IMG/VR virus record: IMGVR_UViG_3300047445_000406
Span: 13,896-77,895 of that record
Direction: 5' to 3' (one strand)
Source: a virus
Length of the DNA: 64,000 bases
Positions 46,911-57,600 of this stretch are shown here, piece after piece (within the stretch, counting starts at the first letter, position 1; every line of letters begins with the position of its first letter). Made by a program: the position numbers and the translations under genes. The notes beneath the pieces were generated by a model. It searched no databases and was not told the origin of the DNA. It saw only the letters and a list, made by a program, of their open reading frames with translations.

Positions 46911-47505
46911 GGAGCTGATCGTCGTCGGTTTCGACCCGTCGATGAACAACTGGGGCGTCAGCCGGGGCATCATCTCGGTTGACCCTGCCAACCTGCGTAA
47001 TTCCTCCCTGCGTGTGTCTGGCTTATCGGTCATCAATCCGGTCAAGCCAGACAGCAAGCAGGTGCGGACCAACAGCAAAGACCTGCTGGCAGCGGAACAG
47101 CTGGCTAGGGGTGCGCTGGAGGCCGCAGCAGGCGCCCAGGCGATCTTTGTCGAAGTCCCGGTCGGTTCCCAGTCCGCCCGCGCGATGGCCTCCTATGGCA
47201 TCTGCGTGGGTGTGCTGGGTGCCTTGCGTGCCATGGGCATCCCCTTCTTCGAGGTGACTCCCACCGAGGTGAAGATGGCGTCCGTCGGCAAGAAGACCGC
47301 GACCAAACAGGACATGATCGCCTGGGCACAGGCCCAGCATCCCGAAGCCCCCTGGCCAACCTACAAGGAAAAGGGCATCGAGTACGTGTCTGAAGCCAAG
47401 GCCGAACACATGGCCGATGCGACCGCAGCAATTTATGCCGGCGTGCGCACGACCACTTTCCAATCCCTGCTACCGATGCTGGTGTCCCAGCTGAAGGTGG
47501 CGTAG
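46900..47505 (+). CDS. RuvC-like Holliday junction resolvase (N4 gp46-like)
   Basis: VGFDPS..NWG, FVEVP, PTEVK, ATKQDMI and HMADA. Confidence 0.85.
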   Translation: MSVKELIVVGFDPSMNNWGVSRGIISVDPANLRNSSLRVSGLSVINPVKPDSKQVRTNSKDLLAAEQLARGALEAAAGAQAIFVEVPVGSQSARAMASYGICVGVLGALRAMGIPFFEVTPTEVKMASVGKKTATKQDMIAWAQAQHPEAPWPTYKEKGIEYVSEAKAEHMADATAAIYAGVRTTTFQSLLPMLVSQLKVA

Positions 47506-47531
47506 CATTATCTTTAAACCAAGGAAACAAC

Positions 47532-47990
47532 ATGAAACTCCAACTCGAACAAGCAGAAATCGAAAAGGCCGTGCAGGAATACGTGGCCAACCAGGGCATC
47601 AAGGTCGAGGGTAAAACCCTGACCGTGAAGTTCTCCATGACCCGTGGTGAACAAGGCCTGATCGCCGACCTGACCATCGATGAAGTGAAGGCAGATATCA
47701 AGCCTGTCACCCGTGCACCGCGTGCCGGTACGGTGGGTGCCGCCATCGCCAACCAGTCGGCCGGTCAGTCGGGCAAACAGGAAGCCAAACCAGCCCCGAC
47801 TACCGCCAAGGAAGCGATCGAGCAAGCCACGGCGGCAGCAGCTGAAGCGGCGGCGGCCCGTACCGAGCAAACTACCGCGGTGGAAACCGAGGAAGCCTCC
47901 CAGGCTGCAGCGGAAGAGACTGCCGGCGAAGCCAAGGAAGAAACCGTATCTGCTCCGGCTGCGGCGCCTGCCAAATCCCTGTTCGGCTAA
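47532..47990 (+). CDS. Hypothetical protein with an A/E-rich disordered tail
   Basis: RBS AAGGA; ends APAKSLFG. Confidence 0.75.
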   Translation: MKLQLEQAEIEKAVQEYVANQGIKVEGKTLTVKFSMTRGEQGLIADLTIDEVKADIKPVTRAPRAGTVGAAIANQSAGQSGKQEAKPAPTTAKEAIEQATAAAAEAAAARTEQTTAVETEEASQAAAEETAGEAKEETVSAPAAAPAKSLFG

Positions 47991-48005
47991 GCCACAGGCC
48001 AGCAC

Positions 48006-48200
48006 ATGAAAATCCGAGCTATCCTTAAGGGAATCGGCATTGGTGTGCTGGCCATACTCGCCATTGTCGTGGCGATCGTAGGCTTTGTGCTGTCGGCCGT
48101 CATGGGAATTGCAGTATCGCTGGCCGCCATTGGTGCACCGTTCTGCCTGGCCATTGTCATGGCAGTGCACGACTGGGTAACCAGGAAGAAAGAGAAGTAA
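48006..48200 (+). CDS. Small membrane protein
   Basis: Two hydrophobic helices with basic termini. Confidence 0.65.
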   Translation: MKIRAILKGIGIGVLAILAIVVAIVGFVLSAVMGIAVSLAAIGAPFCLAIVMAVHDWVTRKKEK

Positions 48201-48207
48201 CCGTAAA

Positions 48208-48642
48208 GCCCTTGCCGCGGTAAAGAGCAGGGGCAACAAGAAAGCCAACTCCACGCCCAAACATCAGGTAGCAAGCTGAGGGAGCAATCCCATATATGCG
48301 CTACGGGGAGGGTGGACCAGCGGTAGCCGCGGTCATAGGAGTTGGCCTCCTTGTTTATCGAATTGCGGGTGTACTTCACCTGCTCCAGAAAGGTGGCCAC
48401 AATTACGGACTACCCAGCACCTGTGCTGCGCGTACACACCGTTGGAAACAAGCCTTTTGTGCCAGATGACAGGCCTAAACACATCGTCAGGTGAGAGACG
48501 CAAACACCTATATGACACAATAGAGTGTCGCCCCGGCAGAGACAACTGCCAGAGGATAACTTCAGAGCATCGAAACTCAAAACAAACACGTCTCGCTGGT
48601 CGAGTTGAGAGAGGGGGTGGATCGAAAGACCCACTCCCTTTT
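48208..48642 (+). ncRNA. Putative large structured ncRNA of unknown class
   Basis: No credible ORF; many nested stems, GNRA loops, a possible pseudoknot and a terminal terminator hairpin. Confidence 0.55.
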
Positions 48643-48643
48643 C

Positions 48644-51600
48644 TTATTTGAACGGCGACATCAGCGCATTCACCGTGCCCAGTTCATCCAGGGTGGTCAC
48701 GTACTTCAGTGCCCCGGTGCTGAACGGATTGCCCAGACGGTGCACGGCAGCTGAGTCCATCAAGGTCGGTACCGCATCGAAGAAGTGCGATCCAATCAGC
48801 AGCATCAGGGCACGGGCCGGGTTCTCCCGGTACAGGTGCATGATGATCTTCTGGATGCGCAGGTAGTACTTCGAGAAGTACACAAAGCCCATGTCGTTGG
48901 CGTATTGCAGCAGACGGTGCGATGGCACGTCGTAGTTGATGAACGCATCCGACACCAGCTGGATTGCCTGCTCAGTGCCCATCGGGTTGCGTGCACGGTT
49001 GGTCATGTGCTGGTACAGCGTGTATCGGGCCACGAAGTCCGACAGCTGGGTACCATACGACAGCGCCTTGTACAGCGGCGTGTCATGCGCAATGACCAGT
49101 GTCTTGGCCGTGTCCACCACATGTGGATTCAGCTTGTCAGTGAACTCGTCCACCTTGCGGGTGAAGCGTCCCTTGAAGCTGTACATGTCATCGTCCGCCG
49201 CCACATCCTCCACGATGGTTGGCATCAAGCCCGCATCGATCAGCTGGCGTACCGGATTACGCGCCAGGGCATCCTCCAAGATCACCTTCTGGCGTTCCAG
49301 CTCACGCTGGTTGCCGGCCGGCAGATACTTGGTGGACAGCTGCAGATTGATCCGTTCCAGTGCCTCACTGTCCTTACGGTACGCCAGGGCGCCTTTCATG
49401 GCCACCCGGTGGTGGCGCAGGATGTCCGGCAACGGTACACCAAACCACAGCAGCTCGGTCATGTTCGAGCTGATATTCCCCATCAGGGTGACCCCTGACT
49501 TCACCACCATCGTGTCCTTGGCTTCACGCACGAAGGCCTGCCAAATATCCTCCCCCTGACGCAGTCGCAGATTCGCCTTGTCCCCAAAGAAGAACGTCGC
49601 CATTTCCGCCAGCACCCGTGCCACGGCACTGTGCTGCTGCACATCCTTGTCCAGCACATCCGCGATCGACAGCTTGCGGTAACCGAAGTTGATGTCGAGC
49701 AGATCGACCCGCACCATCATGTTGTTGCCACCCCAGATATCCCGCACCGATTGCTTGGTGCTCTCCGGCAGCAGGCGCCAGATCTCACGCAGCTCCGGAT
49801 CCGTGCTGTTGGCCCCCACCCGCAGATAGCTGTGGTGACGGGTAGCATATTCCGCATCGTACTGGTCCTTCAAGGCCTGCACCGCCGTGGCATTCTGCTC
49901 CTTGGTCATTTCCTTGTCGAAGATATTGCCCGCCATTTTGCCCAGCAGTTGCTCGAAACGGTTGTCCCGTTCCAGCAAGGTGTCCTTGGTGTTCTCGTTC
50001 ATCATGTAGCGGTAATTCACTACATCACCCTGGGCATTGAGTACCGGTGCCAGGAAGGCACCGCCCACCTTGCGCGGATCGAAGTTCGGATCGGCATTGA
50101 ACATGTCGCGCACCCGCGGCACATTGCCGGCATCGATGGTCTGCATCGTGGTGACATTGGCTAGACCCTGGCTGGTCAGCAGATTGGTACCGCCACTGAT
50201 CACCTGGCTGCCCTTGGCACGGGTACCGGTGTAGGAAAACACCCCGGTCAGGTAGGACTGCAAGCCACCATCTTGCAACTTATACAGACGCTTGGCCGAC
50301 TTGTCCGGGTCCACCTTGTCAGCATGCAGCGCAGCACCCTCCGAGTAACCCTGGTTGACCAACTGCTCGCCGGTGGCCTGGTCGGCGGCCACGATCGAGA
50401 TGTAGGGGTTGTACGCCTCCGGCACATAGCCCTTCATGTACAGCGGCTCGCCGGCCACAAACAGGCGGTCCTTGGATTGCTGCTGCAGTTGCTTATGCAG
50501 CTTCAGGATCATCTCGATCCCGTTGCCATCGGTGCGGGCATTCTCGGTGGCCAGCACGGCCTGGGCATTGGCCAGATGGTTCTGGTCCACATACGCCAGG
50601 GCGTACAGCGACACCAGTTTGTCAATCACCGGTTCTGCCTTGGCCGCCATGGCTGGTGCAATGCGGCCGGCAAACTGGGTACCATACAGCAGTGAGATAT
50701 TCCCGGCATTGAACATCAGGTTGGCGCCGGCAACCCGGCCGGTGGCCTTGTAATAGCCCAGCAGCTTGGCGCCTTTCACGAAGTAATGGCCGAAGTTGGC
50801 AAAGCCAGTCAGCTGGCCTTCCAGACGGGCAATCTCCTTCTGCAGCATACCTGGGTTGGCGATCAGCTTGCCCAGTTCGTGCATGCCGTACTGCCCCACC
50901 AGCGAAGCCAGGTCAGTGCGCAGGAACACGGCGGAGATGGCCGCCTTGTCTTCCTTGGACAGGTAGTTGCCACCATCCTTGAAGCTCTCCAGTATGAACT
51001 TGGTGGTGTTGGCGATGATGTCCTTGCGCAGGCCTTCGATATGCTTGGAGGCGCGCAGCAGCTTGTGGAACAGCACATTGTCCGGCTTGCTACCGCGGAT
51101 CTCGTTGATGATGCCAGCCATCGGGCCATGGCGCTGACGGAAGTGCTCATCACGGATCTTGGCAATGCCTTCCATGATCAGGTCGGCCCTGTCACCGGCA
51201 ATCGCTGCGCCCACCGAACCAGCGGCCTTGATAAAGGCATTGGTATTGGTCTTGAAGAATGGCGACTTGAGGAAGTCCTCCAGTTTGCTGCGACCGCCTT
51301 CCGACAGATCGTGCAAGGTGTCTTCGATCAGTGCCATGGTGGTATTGCGTTGCTGGCCCAGTTTCATGCGTTTCTTGGCTTCGATCCCCACCAGCTGCGT
51401 CACCAGGGCTTCCAGCTTGGCATCCGCCTGCTGGCCCTCGAAGGTGTGGGTAAAGGTACGGCTCAGGAAAGCCAGCACCATGTCGTACACCGCGTGCAGC
51501 TTGTCGGCCAGGGTCAAGCCAGCCAACTGCTGCTTGGTCTTGACCTGGGTCGCAAAGTTCAGCAGGTTGGCCGTCTCCTCATGGGCCAGGCCCAGGGCAG

Positions 51601-54600
51601 CAAAGCGGGCCAGGTAGTCCGACTTGCCGTCGGCGCCGGCCTCCAGCTTGAACACGAAGTCATACAGAGCCTGCGGCATCTGGCCTTGCAGCCTGGTGGC
51701 TGCCTCCTGGTACAGCTTGGCCAGTTCCTCATACGCCAGGGTGGTATGGCCTTCCTTGTCTTCCAGTGCCGCCCGTACTGTGGCCTCGACCTGCTCCAGC
51801 ACGTAGGCTTCCTGCTCGCTGATGCGGAAACCGGCCGCCAGCGACTTGGAGGCGAACGGTGCCACCCCCGATTGCAGGGCATTGGCAAACACCTCGGCCG
51901 GCGTGCTGGCCTGGTTCTGCATCAGGGCTGCCTTGAAGGTGCCGAACGGACCATGCAACGTGTCAACAATACCGGTCAGTAATCCTTTCAGCTGTACCTG
52001 GAAGGCAGCCGATACCGGCGACACAGGATTGACCTGACCCAGGGCATCATAGATGTCCAGCGTGCTATAGGTGTTCAGGTTCGGCTGGTTCTTCTGGTGC
52101 AGCACCAGTTCGGCTTTCGACTTGGTTTGCGCGGCCTGGTAGAACAGGCCAGACACATTGGCCACCAGCACCGCCATGCCATTTTCCATCTGCTCCTGGG
52201 CTGTCTTGCTGGACCCCTTGAACAGCAGACCGGTCAGGGCTTCGATGAAGCGCTTCATGCCCGTCACCAGCTTGTTGCCGGTGGTGTTGCTCTGCATCGA
52301 GATCTGGTTCAGCACAGAACGCTGGAAGTCCAGGTTGGACATGCCCCAGCTGATGAACTCGTGCACATTCTCCAGTGCCGCCGTAAAGCCCTTCAGCTTG
52401 TTCTGTGTCACATGCGATTGCGCCAGAGCACGCAGCAACTCCAGTTCCTGCACCAGCTCATAGGCCGGACCAGTCTTGTCCTGCAAGGCTTGCTCCACCG
52501 TGGTGGCAATGGCGGCATGGGTCAGTTCATGCAGCATGGTTTCCGGCGTCAGGCCGGAATACTTGAAATCCGGCGACAACAGGTTAACCTGCTTACGATC
52601 GCCCTTGGCCACAAACCAGCCACGGGATTCTTCGGCGCCATTCGCCAGCACAGCAGAAGCCGGCGTGGCTGGGGTGATCAACTGGACCTGCACGTCTTTC
52701 GGCAAGGTCTTTTCGATCAAGTCCAGCAGGCGGTTGTTGAAACCGGCCATGCGGCCTTCCCCGTTGCTTAACGCCTGGCGCAGCGTCTTCACCGCCAGTT
52801 TGGCATCCATCACCGGATCCTGATTGAAAGCATCCACCAGGTAGGCATCGGAAATGACCGCAGGAGCCCCCAATTCGCCCCATGGCGACGTGAACGGACC
52901 TGGCAGGGGTGTTACCTCGGCCACCGGTCGAACGCTCGGCAGAGCGCTTGGATTCACGTCCAGTTCGGTATCCGGCTGGGTCTGGCTGTTCTTTACCCCG
53001 GAAGCCAGGGCAGACAGGATGGCCAGAGCCTGGTTGTCGGCCGACGACAGCGAGCTGTCCAATGCCCGGCGTGCTTTCTTGACCGCCTTGCGATCGGCTT
53101 CCGTCACCACGTAGTGACCACCTTGCAGGGCATACTGGTCGACCGCCCCCATCTTCTCCATGACCAGAAACTTCATGCTGTCAGCCCGGTACGCCAGATC
53201 ACGCATGGCCTTGGCCTGGATGTCGAGCACGGCCCCCGGCTTGGTATCCAGTTGGGCGGCGTACTTGGCCAGTACCTCCTGCAGCAGGGCTTGCGATTGT
53301 GGTGGCAGGGTGCCGGCTTCTTGCATGGCGGCCACCCCGCGGATGACACGGGTCAGGGTATCGGCCATCTGACTGGCTGGCGAGTAGCTCAGCATGGCCT
53401 GCCAGGTGGCCTGGTTCAGGTTGACGGCCGCTTCCTTGAAGTTGCCCAGACCGGTAGTGTGTGCGTCATGGTTGTTCAGCACTTCCGATTTCATCGCCGC
53501 CGTATGCGAGATGAAGGAATCGGTGGCGTGCACGCTCATCGGCGCCATGGCTACGCCGGGCGCCGTTTCGCTGCGTTCGTAGGCAGCTGTCTTCACCGAG
53601 GCAGGGCCATCCGGGAATGGCTGGCCAAACTTGATTTCACCGGAGTACTTACGGTCGGTGCTGATCTTGCGGGCCGACTTGGAAGCCAGCAAACCAGCGG
53701 ACAGTTCACCTGATTGCTGAGAGAAGGCGGTGTGCATCAGCGGCAGGATGTCCTGCACCTGGACACGCAGTTCGGCCTCCTGGGCATTGGTCAGGTCATG
53801 GATCGGATTGCCCTTGCCATCGACCGCAATGGCACCGGCCTTGACCAGTTCGGCGATCTTCTGTTCCCGTAGGCCAGTGTAGGCAGCGTGGTACAGGTCG
53901 AAAGCCAGCTGGGCCGACAAATTGAAGGTGCGGCGCTGTCGAATGAACACCTCGAAGTCTTGATCCATGGTTGCGCCGACGGCCTTGCCGATGGTGTCCG
54001 TGAACACTTGCTTCAGCCGGCCGATCTGGGCTGGCGTCAGCGGCGTCTTCATCATCTCTTCGATGGATGGATTACCCAGGTTGACACCCAGTGTCTTCAG
54101 GGAAGCCAGGAGCACTGCCTGATCCAGTTTGCCGGTGGCCACATCTTCCATCTTGCCGTACACCGATTCGATGAACTTGTCGGCCATGGATTCCACCGCA
54201 CTGCTCACCGAGGAACCGAAGACCATGGCGGTCAATGGCGTCTTGATGATGTTGCGGCCATCCTTGGTCACCTTGTCATCTTTCACCAGGTGACCGGTGA
54301 GCGTGTACAGGGCATTGGCCTGGCCGGCAGGGATCTGCAGATTGCGGAGGTTCTCCACCACATGGGCCGTGGTGGTTTCGTACAGGTCGGTATTGCCGTC
54401 CTCTGCGCGCCACAGGTTGTAGTTGCTGTGGTCGCTGCCCTCTTCGTAGAAGCCACCCTTGTTCAGCAGGGCGTACAGGTCTTCCACCGTTTCCGCCGCG
54501 CCCATCAGCAGGTGCGACAGCATCGGGCCATTGGTAACGCCATCGACCTCGCCCATCAGATGGGTGGTGAAAGTGTTCTTGCCTTCGTCCAGAGCATTCA

Positions 54601-57600
54601 GGTAATGGGCCAGTGCCACCAACGCATCCAGCGTGTGCATGGCTTCGCCACCTTTCTGTACGCCGGCCACCAACTGCTGTTGTTCCTCGGCGGAGATACC
54701 CCCCTCGGTCATGGCTTTGCGCAGTACGGCAACCGCCCGCTTGATCTCCGGCTGGTTGACGGTAGCAGTCAGCTGCTCCAGCGATTGCTCATTGCTCTGC
54801 TTGTCGGTCTTGATGCCCAGGCCTTCCGCTACCCGCAGCTTGAAGTTCTCCATCCCATCGCGGTCGGACATCTGCAGCTCGACTTCCCAGGTCGGACGGA
54901 ACAGCAGGCGGCGATGCAGCTTGGACGTTTGCGGGTTGATCATGTTGGTGCTGATCCCCACGCGCTGCTGTTTCCACACCGTGTGATCGAAGTACATGGC
55001 CTTCTCCAGCACATCCTGGTCCTGCAGCATGCCGAAGTATTCCATGGCCCGCTCGTATTCCCGGCGCAGGCCATCGTTCTTGGCTTCGATCGATTTCTGG
55101 TTGACCTCATGGGTCACGGTCGGATTGATGCTCTCGAAACCAGCAATGGCCAGGGCCATGTCTGGATGCAGCTGGCCAAACAGATGCCACATGTCCAGGC
55201 GCAGATGGTTCGGCTGGGCATTCTCGTGCTGCATGATGGCCTTCTCGCTGCTCGGCACCGTCTGGTCCGTGTTGCGGGTGGTCTGCTGGGTGAATGGGAT
55301 CTTGCGGAACGCCGGTTCCTTCAGGCCTTGCTCGGCACCGAACAGCTTGTCGAGCACGCCTTGCGAGCCCTTCATGGCTTCCAGGATCTGCTTGGTCTGG
55401 GCCTGTTCAGCCACCACGGCAATGAACTTGAATGTGGCATTCTCGTTCGTGCCACCCTTCGGCATGACGCTGGCCATGTCCTTGCCGGACAAGGTATTGC
55501 GCACCAGGATGCCCTGGTCCAGCAGCAGTTTCATGGCATGGGCACCAAGCGCACTCTCCAGCTGAGGTGCGAGGTTGCGGGGAGCATCAGGCCGGGCCGT
55601 CAGGCCCAAGGCCTGTGCGACACGCGAACCGAGTGCATTGATCACGACATTCTCACGGGTACCCACACCGCGCAGCAGATAGGCTGCCTCCTGCGATACC
55701 AGGGCGTCTTCATCTCGGCCCAGGATGGCATTGATCTCTTCGTCGGTATTGAACAGGGTGCGGTTGGCGTTTTCAGCCAGCCAGGAGAAAGCAGCGTAAG
55801 CGATCGCCGTCTGCGTATTGGCCGCCACCTTGCCGTCGGTACCGATCAGGAACTGGCTCATATCGCGGTAGCGATACAGCGGGTTGGCCACGGCCACGAA
55901 GTTCGTGGCGATATTGCCCACCCAGTCCGAAGCCAGGGAAGCAAAGGTCGACAGGGCCGTGTGCTGCTGCTCGGTGAGGGTCGGCTCCTTCAGGTATTGC
56001 AGGGCGGCCGAGACATCGGCTTTCAGCGAAGCCAGGAAACCAGGCGCCTGCACCAGCGGCCGAGTGGAACCGGTATCCTTGCCGGCCTTCTGGGTAAAGT
56101 GGGCCAGCAGCAGGTCACGCTGCTGATAGGGCTTGGCTTGTTCGGACTCTGGAGTGACTGCAGTGGGGATAACTTCGGACTTGTCCACAGTGTTATCCAC
56201 TGCTTTATCAGCCGTCGCTTCTGCTTGCACATCCGCCGCCAGCGGCGGCGTCTGTGGCGCACGCTCCGGCTGGGCTTGGTCTTCTACTGCAGCTTGCTTC
56301 TCTGCCTTGCGGGCTGCTGCCTTGGCCAGTGCTTCCTTAACCAGGGCATCTTGCCGGGCATGCTTCTCATCAGCTGCTGCCAACGAGTCTTTGGCCTTGG
56401 TTTCCTTGACTGGAACCTGCGGAGCAGACTCCCCTTCAGAGGCTTTAGACTCTGAACGTGGCAAGTCCTTAACCCTCTGACCAGTTAACTCTTTAGAAAC
56501 CTCCCCCTGCTTATTTTCTTGCGCAACTACCGGTGCCGGGGAGATGGATTGTACACCGGCGTCCGGGAAGCGCAAGGCTACGGCGTTGGTCATCTCGTCA
56601 CGGGCCGCTGCCAGTGCCTGGGCTTCGATCTGGATGTCGCGCACCAGGCGGCCGGAGTTCAGGGTCATGCCGTTCTGCCCTTGCTCCTTCAGTTTATTCA
56701 GCTCACGCTGGGAGTATTCCCGATCGGCTACTTGCCACTTGCCTCCCAGTTTCACGATCTGGGCGCCCAGCCCGTTCTGGGACAAGGCCTGTGCCGCGGC
56801 AGCTGCCTTGCCGGCATGATCGGCAGCAAAGTCGGACAGCATGCCCAGTTGGCGTTGCGCCAGGGGTGCACTGCCGGAGGCAATCGCGGTACCAATTCGC
56901 TGACGGTACTGGGTGATACCAATATTCTTCTTGGAGCCATGCAACACTTCCTGGCTCACCTTTTCCATGGTGGCCAGCTGGTTGTCGGCGACGCGGGCAG
57001 CACTGAAGGTGCGCAGGTAATCACGCTGGGCCGGGGTCAAAGCGTTGTCAGTATTGCCAGCCAGGGCATCGGCATCCTGTTTGGTCAGGGTGTCGACGTT
57101 ACGCATGGCCAGATTCAGGACACGCTCAGCGGCCGGTGCCGAGACTTCAGCATCCGCCGTATTGGCTTGTTCCACCGTTGCCTTGATTTCAGCAGGTGCC
57201 GGAGCCGGTTCCAGCTGGGTGGTCAACTCACCCAGCACACTATCCGACTCTTTCAAATAGCGGCTGACCTTGCTCAGCTCCGCATTCAATGCCGGGATCT
57301 CTTCCTTGCTGACGGACTTCAGCTGTTCTTTCAAGGAGTCAAAACGGTCTTCCAAGCCAGTGATGACATTCACTGCCTGGTCCAGGTTTTGCTGCTTCAC
57401 TTCAGGCGTGGTGTCTTCCTTCTGGTTCACCGCGAACAGGACACCCAGGCCGGTGGCCGGATCATAGCTGGTATGTGACGGGTCGAAATAGGGGGCTGGA
57501 TTGTTCTCAGCCACGGCTTGCTGGAAGTCGGCTGCCTGCTGTACTTGGTCAGCATGCTCAGCTGCATGTTCCGGTGTAGCTCGGCTGGCTTCAGCCACGG

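Noticed and set aside
48208-48642. tRNA, tmRNA, RNase P or group II intron identity for the structured gap
   Set aside because: No T-arm GGTTCRA with an acceptor/CCA end, no tag ORF, no GAGGAAAGTCC and no domain V consensus were seen.
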